From: an uncultured Lachnospiraceae bacterium
GTDB lineage: Bacteria > Bacillota > Clostridia > Lachnospirales > Anaerotignaceae
DNA length: 64,000 bases
Assembly: GCA_944381395.1 (NCBI GenBank)
Contig: CALWKY010000041.1
Coordinates: 79,942 to 143,941 of the forward strand
Direction of reading: 5' to 3'
Under the pieces are notes generated by a model. The model was not told the DNA's origin, made no database searches, and worked only from the letters and a program-made list of their open reading frames with translations. Of the stretch, positions 35,268-44,284 are shown in pieces. Within the stretch, counting starts at the first letter, position 1. Every line of letters begins with the position of its first letter. A program made the position numbers and the translations under genes.

Positions 35268-37640
35268 TTAGAATTCTTCGTGTGCATTTCTTGCCATGAT
35301 GGAATCCTGCATGGACTTGGACAGGTTTACAAACTGTGTGCTGTAACCAGCTACACGAACCAGCAGATCCTTGTAGTTTTCGGGATGAGCCTGTGCATCC
35401 TTCAAAGTTTCGTTAGATACAGTGTTGAACTGTACATGGAAACCACCCATTGCAAAGTAAGACTGCAGCATTGCACCCAAGTTTGCACGACCACGTTCGG
35501 TAGCAACCAGGTCATGGTTCAGACGCAGGTTCAACAGAGTACCGCCGGCATGGATGTCGTGACCCATCTTTGCAGAAGAACGCAGAGCTGCCAGGCAGGT
35601 AGAAGTATCGGAACCAGTGTAAGGAGATACACCTTCGGTGATGGGCTCAGTTGCCTTTCTGCCATCAGGAGTAGCACCCAGAACCTTACCAGTAGGCAGG
35701 TAGTTGGAGATACCCATGAATGCAGTGGTGAAATGATGACCATAGTAGTCGGTGTAAGAAGTTACATCGTGATAGTAGTAGTCAGCCAATTCCTTAGCGA
35801 TGCTATCAACATAGTCGATATCATTGCCGTATTTCGGAACAGCCTGAACCTTTGCACGCAGTTCATCGAAGCCTTCCCAGTTAGCATTCAGAGCATCGAT
35901 CAGTTCGCTCATGGTAGTAACCTTATCTTCAAATACCAGCTTCTTGATTACAGCGAAGCAGTTAGCGGTAACTGCCAGACCACAACCAGTGAATACAGGT
36001 CCGATGTTATACTTAGCGCCGCCATCTACCAGATCGGCACCATTCTTTACGCAATATTCATTGCAAGCAGACAGGAACGGACGAGGAGCCTTTTCCTGGT
36101 TGATCTCCTGAGCGGTAATCAAGCTGATTACACCATGTTTTACCATGTAGGAGAACTGTCTGAAGTATGCCTGCTTGATTTCTTCATAAGAAGTAAAGGT
36201 CTTAGGATCCTTTTCAGGCAGAGCTACCAGCTTGCCAGTCAGTCTGCTCTTACCTTCATTCAGAGCAAATTCCAGAGCAGCGGTGAAGCTGATGTTGCAA
36301 GAAGAAGTCCATTCGAAAGTCTTTCTGGAGTGAGGAACTACACAACCGCAGTTGCTCCAGTCTTTTGCATCGTCTGCATCGCAGCCCAAGTTTCTCAGCA
36401 TCTGATAACCAACACGGTCACTGTGGATTGCAGGGAAACCACAACCAGTTGCAACCAGGCTGGTAACTGCTTCCATAAATTCAGGAGGGCAGTCAGGCTG
36501 AATACGGCAGCTCAAAGTAGGCTGGTGCGTCTTGATTTCCTTGGTAGCCTGGATAGCCATGTAAGAAATGGTGTTGATACCATTGGAACCATCTACTTTG
36601 GTACCACCGATGGTCAGGTTTTCGAAGTTGGTGTAACCAGCAAAGAAACCTGCGGTATTGGAAGAAATAACCCATACCCATTCGGAATACTTTAACCACA
36701 GGCATTCAACCAATTCCAGAGCGGTATCATAGTCGATCTTGCCTGCTTTTTCATCTGCTTCATAGTAAGGGTACATGAACTGGTCAAAACGACCGATGTT
36801 CAGTGCCAGAGGGTTTTCAGCGATAATGCCGCCCAGTTCTACAAACCATGCAAACTGGATTGCTTCACGGAAGGACGTAGGAGGATTTTCAGGTACTGCT
36901 GCACAGTTCTTAGCGATCTGTTCCAGTTCAGCCTTTCTGGTTGCATCCTTTTCTACTGCTGCCATTTCCAGAGCCTTTTCGCTGTAACGGTTTGCCAGTC
37001 TTACGATACCATCGCAAACCAGGATAATGGACTTGTAGAAATCCATCTTCTTCATATCTTCAGCCTTGGTTTCATCCAGCTGAGACATACGTTCCATAGC
37101 TTCTCTCTTGATACCGCCAAATCCCTTCGGGAACAGCTGATCAGCGTAGTCGGGAGTAATTTCACCGATACCACCACGCCACTTAGAGTCGGTATCCAGG
37201 AAACCGGTATCTACACCAATTCTCTTGGTTTCATCAGATACACGAGCCAGGAAAGTATCTTCTACAGACTTGCCCTTCCAATAAGGGAAGATTTCCTTAC
37301 GGCAGAATTCTCTCTGTTCATCTGTCATATCATAAGGATCCTGAGGACGGGTTGCGAAATTATCCATTTCGTCGTTTACCCACTTCCAACCATATTCGGG
37401 AGTCAAAATACCGCATCTACGATATTCACCGCTGGCACCAACGATCAGTTCACCCTCGAAAATGTTTACAGGAAGTTCATTACAAGCATCATAGAATGCC
37501 TGTGCGGTACGAATCTGCTGAGGCAGACCTTCCGTTCTCTTAAAGGACTCCGTCCAGATTCTTGCTCTTTCGCAAGAAATGTGGGGTCTTTCGTTCAGAT
37601 AGTTCTGACGAATCTTTTCCACTCTCTCTGTTACTGCCAT
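35268..37640 (-). CDS. Glycyl-radical enzyme of the PFL2/dehydratase-like class; substrate unknown
   Basis: 790 aa. C-terminal glycyl-radical motif VRVAGYS (Gly765). Cys loop N-C-G-C433-V-V-P-H. Overall length and layout resemble the 787-790-aa GRE dehydratases. Confidence 0.9.
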   Translation of the reverse strand: MAVTERVEKIRQNYLNERPHISCERARIWTESFKRTEGLPQQIRTAQAFYDACNELPVNIFEGELIVGASGEYRRCGILTPEYGWKWVNDEMDNFATRPQDPYDMTDEQREFCRKEIFPYWKGKSVEDTFLARVSDETKRIGVDTGFLDTDSKWRGGIGEITPDYADQLFPKGFGGIKREAMERMSQLDETKAEDMKKMDFYKSIILVCDGIVRLANRYSEKALEMAAVEKDATRKAELEQIAKNCAAVPENPPTSFREAIQFAWFVELGGIIAENPLALNIGRFDQFMYPYYEADEKAGKIDYDTALELVECLWLKYSEWVWVISSNTAGFFAGYTNFENLTIGGTKVDGSNGINTISYMAIQATKEIKTHQPTLSCRIQPDCPPEFMEAVTSLVATGCGFPAIHSDRVGYQMLRNLGCDADDAKDWSNCGCVVPHSRKTFEWTSSCNISFTAALEFALNEGKSRLTGKLVALPEKDPKTFTSYEEIKQAYFRQFSYMVKHGVISLITAQEINQEKAPRPFLSACNEYCVKNGADLVDGGAKYNIGPVFTGCGLAVTANCFAVIKKLVFEDKVTTMSELIDALNANWEGFDELRAKVQAVPKYGNDIDYVDSIAKELADYYYHDVTSYTDYYGHHFTTAFMGISNYLPTGKVLGATPDGRKATEPITEGVSPYTGSDTSTCLAALRSSAKMGHDIHAGGTLLNLRLNHDLVATERGRANLGAMLQSYFAMGGFHVQFNTVSNETLKDAQAHPENYKDLLVRVAGYSTQFVNLSKSMQDSIMARNAHEEF

Positions 37641-37698
37641 TTTAATTCACCAATCCTTTCGATAGGTTAAAATAATAAGTGATAAATAGCTTTCGTTG

Positions 37699-38253
37699 TT
37701 ACATTTTGTAATAGATCAGCATACCCATTTTAGCAGGAGTTGCACCAATATTTTCATACCGGTGTAACTTATCTGCGGTAAACCGAATTCCCTCTCCGCC
37801 TTCCAGCTCATACTGCTGTTCTGCTACGGTAATCCGTACCTTTCCTTCGAAAACGATAATCATTTCTTCTGTTCCTTCTTCATGAGGTGCAGAAGGTGAA
37901 TCAGCGCCTTCGTCCATTTCGATGTAAATGAGTTCGAAATGTCTATTTTCTTCATAAGGAAACATGGGATAAAGTCGGAACTGACCGTGATCGCTAAGCA
38001 AAGGTTTCAGCTCATCTTTTTTCACTAAATAAGTTCCTTCTTCTTGCTGTTCCATCAACGCCGTAAAGGAGATATGCAAACCAGTTGCTATCTTCCAAAG
38101 GGTCGCAATCGTCGGGCTGGATTCTCCCCGCTCGATCTGACCCAACATACTTTTGCTGACGCCTGTCATTTCTGAAACATTATCCAGGCTCAGCTTTTTT
38201 TCCTTCCGAATTTTCTTTAGATTATCGGAAATTGTAGCACTCATGACATCCAT
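37699..38253 (-). CDS. XRE-family transcriptional regulator with a C-terminal cupin domain
   Basis: Start set at MDVMSATI (GGGGGA RBS). HTH LSLDNVSEMTGVSKSMLGQIERGES. Cupin motifs ...HEEGTEEMIIVFEG... and ...FTADKLHRYEN.... Confidence 0.85.
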   Translation of the reverse strand: MDVMSATISDNLKKIRKEKKLSLDNVSEMTGVSKSMLGQIERGESSPTIATLWKIATGLHISFTALMEQQEEGTYLVKKDELKPLLSDHGQFRLYPMFPYEENRHFELIYIEMDEGADSPSAPHEEGTEEMIIVFEGKVRITVAEQQYELEGGEGIRFTADKLHRYENIGATPAKMGMLIYYKM

Positions 38254-38379
38254 ATAAGAATCCCCCTGTTTTGCTTCTCCAAAATCATTTTTTTCATCCA
38301 AAGCCCGCAGGAAAATTTTTTGTGCTGCCACGCCGTTGTCATCCAAATGGATTCGGAAAGCGATATTTTGCGTTTCGTG

Positions 38380-38431
38380 CGTTATAACGAACGCTTAATG
38401 TAAAGATAACACAAACAATAACGATTGTCAA
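38380..38431 (-). promoter_or_regulatory. Promoter and candidate operator of the XRE-cupin regulator
   Basis: On the minus strand: TTGACA (38426-38431), 17-nt spacer, TATCTT (38403-38408). The palindrome CGTTATAACG (38380-38389) lies just downstream of the -10. Confidence 0.5.
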
Positions 38432-38628
38432 CAATGCTAAATGCACAAAAAACGAGGCTTGAATTTGTTTAAGAAACGCAATAGACCGCCATTTTTTATA
38501 GGTTCCATACAACTTTTACAAATTCTTTTCGAAAACACTTTCTTGTTTTCAAGCAGTTTTCAAATAAGAACCATTTTCTGTTATAATAGCTGCAAAAAAT
38601 ACTTTCCATTGCCGTAAATAGATTGGTC

Positions 38629-39822
38629 TTACTCCATATCATGCACAATTTCGTCCAATAGACAATGTGCCACTTCTGCTTTGCTCAGCAGTTCCAGTTC
38701 TTTCTCCCATTTTGCCGTAATCAGTGTAACGCGGTTTGTATCTGTACCAAAGCCGCTGCCGGCTACTTTCAGGTTATTGGCAGCGATCATATCGATATGC
38801 TTTTTGTTCAGCTTTACTCTGGAGTTTTCCAGCATGTTCTGTGTCTCCATGGAAAATCCACATAAATACTGTCCTTCTTTACGGTGTTCACCCAAATAAA
38901 GTAAAATATCTTTTGTCCGCTCCAACGGTATGGACATATCTCCGTCTGTTTTTTTCACTTTTTCATCATAAGTTTGCGCCGGACGGTAATCCGCCACAGC
39001 AGCTGCTTTAATGATGATATCCTGCTCCGGTGCAGCCTGCGAAACAGCCTGGAACATATCCTCTGCGCTGACAATAGGAACCATCTTCACAAAGGGAACA
39101 GGCTCTAATGCCGTTACGCCGCTGACCAAAGTTACTTCCGCGCCGCGCAGCATAGCTGCTCTTGCAATCTCATAGCCCATCTTTCCTGAGGAATGATTGG
39201 TAATATAACGCACAGGATCAATTTTTTCCCGGGTCGGTCCAGCAGTTACCAGTACCTTTTTGCCTGTCAAATCCTTAGGATAAGCAATGGCACGCAGAAT
39301 ATGATCCAGCAATACCTTTTCAGAAGGTAATTTCCCCTCTCCTTCATCCCGGCATGCTAAGAATCCGCTGTCCGGCGTAATCACTTCCCAGCCAAAACGT
39401 TCCAGTTTATTCAGGTTGTCCTGCACAATGGGATTGCGATACATATTGGTATTCATGGCAGGGCTGATCATCTTGGGACAAGTGCAGGCAAGGACAGAAC
39501 TGGTTAACATATCATCTGCAATTCCATTTGCCAGTTTTCCAATAACATCTGCAGAAGCAGGCACCACAAAAAACAGATCTGCCATCTTCGCCAGCGCAAT
39601 ATGAGGTACATGCAATTTACTGCTGGGATCAAAACTATCGATAAAACATTCATTGCCCGTTAAGGTTTCAAATGTGGTAGGCGTAATAAACTGCGCTGCA
39701 TTTTTTGTCATTACGACATGCACATCACAGTGCTGCTTCACCAGCATACTTGCCAGATTTGCAATTTTATATGCAGAAATACTGCCGCAAACGCCTAATA
39801 CAACACATTTTCCTTTTAACAT
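38629..39822 (-). CDS. coaBC: Bifunctional phosphopantothenoylcysteine decarboxylase / phosphopantothenate-cysteine ligase
   Basis: Start set at MLKGKCVVLGVCGSISAYK (GGAGGG RBS). Flavoprotein N-terminal domain plus a CoaB domain (TAGPTREKIDPVRYITNHSSGKMG). Confidence 0.9.
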   Translation of the reverse strand: MLKGKCVVLGVCGSISAYKIANLASMLVKQHCDVHVVMTKNAAQFITPTTFETLTGNECFIDSFDPSSKLHVPHIALAKMADLFFVVPASADVIGKLANGIADDMLTSSVLACTCPKMISPAMNTNMYRNPIVQDNLNKLERFGWEVITPDSGFLACRDEGEGKLPSEKVLLDHILRAIAYPKDLTGKKVLVTAGPTREKIDPVRYITNHSSGKMGYEIARAAMLRGAEVTLVSGVTALEPVPFVKMVPIVSAEDMFQAVSQAAPEQDIIIKAAAVADYRPAQTYDEKVKKTDGDMSIPLERTKDILLYLGEHRKEGQYLCGFSMETQNMLENSRVKLNKKHIDMIAANNLKVAGSGFGTDTNRVTLITAKWEKELELLSKAEVAHCLLDEIVHDME

Positions 39823-40155
39823 ACAGGAATCCCTCCCTCTTTCTCGGAAAATCAATGGGAAAACCGCTTCATTTCCCTTTTTTCGCAATTATTTAATTTT
39901 AACATAATTTTAATAAAAAGAAAAGCATTCTGACAAAAAACCAACCTTTTCATATGATATGGACTCTCACGGAATTCATCCAAAAATAGAAAGAAAAGCA
40001 TCCTACGGGTTCCTCTTTCAGAAAATATCCCTTTTCCCTTTGATTGTTTAGAAAAACAGCTGCCTTCATAAATACCAAGCTGAATAAAAAAGCTGGAATT
40101 CCAAATAAGGATTCCAGCTATATTTTTTGTTAAAACAGTCTTAGGGCTTTCTTTT

Positions 40156-41835
40156 TTATTTACTTACTTTAAAGGAACTCTTCAAAGGTACAATACGGTT
40201 AAATACCAGATGATCTTCTGTCGTATCCTTGGTATCTACAATATAGTAGCCATTACGCATAAACTGGAACCGATCTCCCTTTTTCGCATGCTGAATGGAA
40301 GGTTCAATGAATGCTGTCTTTACTTCCAAAGAATTAGGGTTCATAATCATTTCACCACTGGGATCATCCGGGTTGTCCAGCATCATATAATCGTACAGTC
40401 TTGCAGTTGCCTCCACTGCCTGTGCTGCGCTGACCCAATGAAGGGTGCCCTTTACTTTTCTGCCTTCAAAACCGCTTCCGCTCTTTGTTTCCGGATCATA
40501 TGTGCAGTGTACTTCCACTACATTGCCATTGGCATCCTTTACTACATCGGTGCAGGTAATGAAGTATGCACCCTTTAAGCGTACTTCTTTGCCAGGCGCC
40601 AGACGGAAGAATTTCTTTACAGGTTCTTCCATGAAGTCTTCTCGTTCGATATAAAGTTCTCTGCTGAAAGGCACTTCTCTGCTGCCCAGTTCAGGATTTT
40701 CCGGATTGTTTTCAATCGTCAGCATTTCCACCTGATCTTCCGCATAGTTGTCAATGATTACCTTCAAAGGATCCAATACTGCCATAACAACCTTCGCTTT
40801 TGCCTTCAGGTCATCACGAATACAGTAGTCCAAAAGAGTGCTGTCTACCATACTGTTTGCTTTAGAGACGCCAATTCTTTCGCAGAAATCACGGATAGAT
40901 TCCGGTGTATAGCCTCTACGGCGCAGACCACAAATAGTAGGCATACGAGGGTCATCCCAACCGTCAACCAAATTATTTTCTACCAACGCACGGAGTTTTC
41001 TCTTACTCATAACGGTATTAGTCATACCCAAACGGGCAAATTCAATCTGCCTGGGAGGATTCTCAGTATAACCGGCTTCTCTTACCACCCAGTCATACAG
41101 CGGTCTATGGTCCTCAAATTCCATGGTACAAATGGAATGGGTAATGCCTTCAATGGCATCCTCCAAAGGATGAGCGAAGTCATACATAGGATAAATGCAC
41201 CAGGCGTCTCCTGTGGTATGATGTGTCGCATGAGCAATACGATAAATAACAGGGTCTCTCATATTGATGTTGGGAGAAGCCATGTCAATTTTCGCACGCA
41301 GCGTACGAGAACCATCCGGAAATTCCCCCGCTTTCATCCGTTCAAACAGATCCAGGTTTTCTTCTACGCTTCTGTTGCGGTAAGGGCTTTCTTTCCCAGG
41401 AGTATTTAAAGTACCTCTGTATTCCCGCATTTCTTCCGCAGTCAAATCACATACAAAGGCTTTTCCTCTCTTAATCAGGTCCACTGCTACTTCATAATAT
41501 TTCTGGAAATAAGAAGAAGCATAGTACAGTCTGTCTTCCCAATCAAAACCAAGCCACTTTACATCTTCCATAATGGATTCTACATATTCCATATCTTCTT
41601 TGGAAGGGTTGGTGTCGTCAAAACGCAGGTTACACTTACCACCATACAAATTAGCCAAACCAAAATTCAGGCAGATACTTTTGGCATGACCAATGTGCAG
41701 ATAGCCATTGGGCTCCGGCGGAAAGCGGGTGTGAATTTTATTCAATTCCCCTTTTAAGTCTTCCTGGATATAGTTATGTATGAAGTTTCCAGTCGCGCCT
41801 AATCCAGTCGCTTCCATGTTTTTTTCTTCTGCCAT
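40156..41835 (-). CDS. glnS: Glutamine--tRNA ligase
   Basis: Start set at MAEEKN. Class I motifs HIGH (LHIGHAKS) and VMSKR (KMSKS-type). GlnRS-type anticodon-binding barrels are present. Confidence 0.95.
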   Translation of the reverse strand: MAEEKNMEATGLGATGNFIHNYIQEDLKGELNKIHTRFPPEPNGYLHIGHAKSICLNFGLANLYGGKCNLRFDDTNPSKEDMEYVESIMEDVKWLGFDWEDRLYYASSYFQKYYEVAVDLIKRGKAFVCDLTAEEMREYRGTLNTPGKESPYRNRSVEENLDLFERMKAGEFPDGSRTLRAKIDMASPNINMRDPVIYRIAHATHHTTGDAWCIYPMYDFAHPLEDAIEGITHSICTMEFEDHRPLYDWVVREAGYTENPPRQIEFARLGMTNTVMSKRKLRALVENNLVDGWDDPRMPTICGLRRRGYTPESIRDFCERIGVSKANSMVDSTLLDYCIRDDLKAKAKVVMAVLDPLKVIIDNYAEDQVEMLTIENNPENPELGSREVPFSRELYIEREDFMEEPVKKFFRLAPGKEVRLKGAYFITCTDVVKDANGNVVEVHCTYDPETKSGSGFEGRKVKGTLHWVSAAQAVEATARLYDYMMLDNPDDPSGEMIMNPNSLEVKTAFIEPSIQHAKKGDRFQFMRNGYYIVDTKDTTEDHLVFNRIVPLKSSFKVSK

Positions 41836-41955
41836 AGTTTCTCGTCCTCCCTTTTCTTGCAATGCAGGCTCATCCGTCGCATTCTCCATCCATGCATGCA
41901 TCAGGTCTTTTGCTCAATCACCAATCATTCCCAATGCTAGTAAAACATAACAAAT

Positions 41956-41984
41956 ATTATAATATAGCCCATTCTCAAACGCAA
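41956..41984 (-). promoter_or_regulatory. Sigma-A promoter of glnS
   Basis: On the minus strand: TTGCGT (41979-41984), 17-nt spacer, TATAAT (41956-41961). Confidence 0.55.
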
Positions 41985-42011
41985 TACGATTTTGTCCCAT
42001 TGTATCTATTT

Positions 42012-42791
42012 TTATTCCAAAAGTTGATACAGCCGATCCCGTTTTTCTGCGGCATAAGCCATAATGGGTGTCTTAAATAAAGATTCTAAGACCGTTTTTG
42101 CCTGTTCTGTATTTCCTGCTAAAATTTCCTGCTCGGCTTCCATCAGGTGGCATAAATCCCGGTCTGCCTCATACTCTGCCGTTTCCATAGCTTCTGCCAG
42201 CGCTGCTTTTCCTTTTTCCGTTTCTCCCAATGCGAAATGCCACATAGCAAAAGTCTGTGCAATTCCAGAACCGCAAGACGGCTCCTTTCGATATTGGTTA
42301 AGCAGGTCTTCTTGCTCTGTCATAATTGCGCATCCCTTACTGATCTCGCCCATGCAAAAATCATTGGATGCCATATTATTCCACACAATGGCCTGGGTAA
42401 TGGGCGCCATAGGCAACGCCACCACTTCTTCCAACAGCGCATTTGCTTTTTGAAAATCACCATAGTAACTATATCCCATACTAATATTGATTTTCAAAAC
42501 ATTGCGGTAAGGTGCGTTTTTCTCTTCCCGCATCAAGTCATTCATGGTGCGAAAATAGGTCTGTGTGTCACAGCTTTCCATAAATGCAGAGATTGCCTGG
42601 GTCATTTTATCTTGAAAGACAGTTGCTCTGCGAAAGAAAAAGACTTGTACCGCAAAGGAAAATACCCCCAGAAAAATGAGCAGTGCCAGCACACCCTGAT
42701 ACAGCGGAATTTCCCATTCCATACAAAAAGTAACCACTGCCATTGCCAGACATAGTCCAGCCAGTAAGGTATATACCGTTTTTCGATTCAA
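42012..42791 (-). CDS. Hypothetical membrane-anchored protein with a helical-repeat (TPR-like) C-terminal part
   Basis: 259 aa with a TTG start after GAGGTGA. Two N-terminal TM helices. I recognise no family. Confidence 0.5.
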   Translation of the reverse strand: MNRKTVYTLLAGLCLAMAVVTFCMEWEIPLYQGVLALLIFLGVFSFAVQVFFFRRATVFQDKMTQAISAFMESCDTQTYFRTMNDLMREEKNAPYRNVLKINISMGYSYYGDFQKANALLEEVVALPMAPITQAIVWNNMASNDFCMGEISKGCAIMTEQEDLLNQYRKEPSCGSGIAQTFAMWHFALGETEKGKAALAEAMETAEYEADRDLCHLMEAEQEILAGNTEQAKTVLESLFKTPIMAYAAEKRDRLYQLLE

Positions 42792-42845
42792 AAAATCACC
42801 TCATTTCCATAAAAAGATCTTTCGAAATATCTTCTATATAAGATC

Positions 42846-43352
42846 TCACTTTGTGAAAATACCTCCGTCTTCTTTTGTCTCCGCTAATTTGTACAAAGTA
42901 TCCCCCGCAATGCGGTATACCGTCCACGCATCCATTGCCTCCGCTTGCAGGGAACGATAAAAGTCAATGCTGGGTTGATTCCAATCCAAGCACCACCATT
43001 CTAAGCGGCCGCAACCTCTTTCTACCGCAATGGCAGCCAATTTCTTGAGCAACGCCTTACCATAACCTTTGCCACGGTATTCCGGCATCACATATAAATC
43101 TTCCAAATAAATGCCTGCTCGTCCTAAAAACGTAGAAAAGTTATGAAAGAATAGCGCAAATCCAACTTCTTTCTCTTCTTCCATTGCGAAAATAACTTCT
43201 GCTTTTCCTTTTTCAAAAATCCATTCTTCCAGCAGCGCTTCCGTTGCCACAACTTCTTTTTCTAACTTTTCATATTGTGCCAAATCATAAATAAATTTTA
43301 AAATCAACGGAACATCTTCTTTTTGTGCAAAACGAAATTTTATAGAAGTCAT
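42846..43352 (-). CDS. GNAT-family N-acetyltransferase (diamine/spermidine acetyltransferase-like)
   Basis: Start set at MTSIKFRFA. Acetyl-CoA motif YRGKGYGKALLKKL. Confidence 0.8.
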   Translation of the reverse strand: MTSIKFRFAQKEDVPLILKFIYDLAQYEKLEKEVVATEALLEEWIFEKGKAEVIFAMEEEKEVGFALFFHNFSTFLGRAGIYLEDLYVMPEYRGKGYGKALLKKLAAIAVERGCGRLEWWCLDWNQPSIDFYRSLQAEAMDAWTVYRIAGDTLYKLAETKEDGGIFTK

Positions 43353-43603
43353 ATGATATCTTCTCCTCTTTTTCTGTTCATTTTCAATCAATTGATTTGA
43401 AAAAGAATCTTTTTTATCATACCATTTTTTTGCCTTTGTTTCAATGACAGAAAAATCTAACTGTTTGATAGGAACCACTTCCTATTTTTCAAACTGTCTT
43501 TTGCATTGCATTATTCTGAAAACAGCGGTATAATAAAAAAGTTATGAAATTTACATTCTAAAATAATTCTCTGCCATCTTGTTATTGCATAGGAGGAACT
43601 TGT

Positions 43604-44065
43604 ATGCTTTCCTTTGATATTCCGGAAGTAAAGCCATTTATGGCACAACTGTTAAAGGGGGAAACCTTTGACGGTTTTTGTTTGCATACAGCCCAAATCG
43701 TCACCTATGCTTCCTTCCTCATAGAAGGAAATCGTGTGGAAAAATATTACAGTCCGGAAGAAATGCCAGAAGGAAAATATTGTACCTGGAAAGAAATCAA
43801 ACCCCTGGTTTTTCAGTTGGTTCGCGGCAATAAACTTCCTGTCTCTATGAAATTCGTTTTCGCTCTGCCGGAAACACAGACTGCGGCGTTTCCCAATGCC
43901 TCTGCACTCTTTTTGAATTTAGTTTTCTCCAACGGAAAAGTACGGGGAACTACAGCTGTTGCCCAAACCTCTTTCTCCCTGCAGAAAGATACGGATATTG
44001 CTTGGGAAGCATGGATCAAAGATTTTTTCCAAAGAGAAAATATTCCGATTCTATTGGATGTTTAA
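43604..44065 (+). CDS. Conserved hypothetical protein (possibly DUF5721-like)
   Basis: 153 aa with a strong AGGAGG RBS and a terminator downstream. The family assignment is from memory only. Confidence 0.55.
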   Translation: MLSFDIPEVKPFMAQLLKGETFDGFCLHTAQIVTYASFLIEGNRVEKYYSPEEMPEGKYCTWKEIKPLVFQLVRGNKLPVSMKFVFALPETQTAAFPNASALFLNLVFSNGKVRGTTAVAQTSFSLQKDTDIAWEAWIKDFFQRENIPILLDV

Positions 44066-44084
44066 AAGCGGATTTTCCTTTTTC

Positions 44085-44110
44085 GCCAGGCAAAACTGCC
44101 TGGCTTTTTC
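44085..44110 (+). terminator. Rho-independent terminator
   Basis: GCCAGGCA-aaac-TGCCTGGC followed by TTTTT. Confidence 0.8.
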
Positions 44111-44137
44111 TATGATTAGAATAACATTAAAATATTG

Positions 44138-44164
44138 TTAGCACTCTTTTATGTTGAGTGCTAA
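44138..44164. promoter_or_regulatory. CIRCE element (HrcA operator)
   Basis: TTAGCACTC-N9-GAGTGCTAA is a perfect match to the CIRCE consensus. Confidence 0.85.
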
Positions 44165-44171
44165 ATTTCTA

Positions 44172-44199
44172 TTGACATTTATTATTGCAGTGATAAAAT
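44172..44199 (+). promoter_or_regulatory. Sigma-A promoter of htpG (extended -10)
   Basis: TTGACA (44172-44177), 16-nt spacer, TGaTAAAAT (44191-44199). Confidence 0.6.
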
Positions 44200-44284
44200 A
44201 TGTATCAATGGGACATTCTCTTGGTAAGACACGTCATCAGTTTCTGAAAAAAGAAACTGTACATCATGTTAGGAGGTAATACTT

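Noticed and set aside
35175-36695. 506-aa open reading frame on the plus strand, antisense to the glycyl-radical enzyme gene
   Set aside because: The minus-strand frame encodes an unmistakable full-length GRE. The antisense translation is low-complexity, rich in Val, Ser, Thr and Cys, and has no RBS or recognisable domain. Long antisense ORFs are a common by-product of codon bias.
41836-42011. Possible T-box leader upstream of glnS
   Set aside because: The leader downstream of the predicted promoter is only about 125 nt. It has no terminator/antiterminator pair, no T-box consensus sequence and no specifier-loop architecture.
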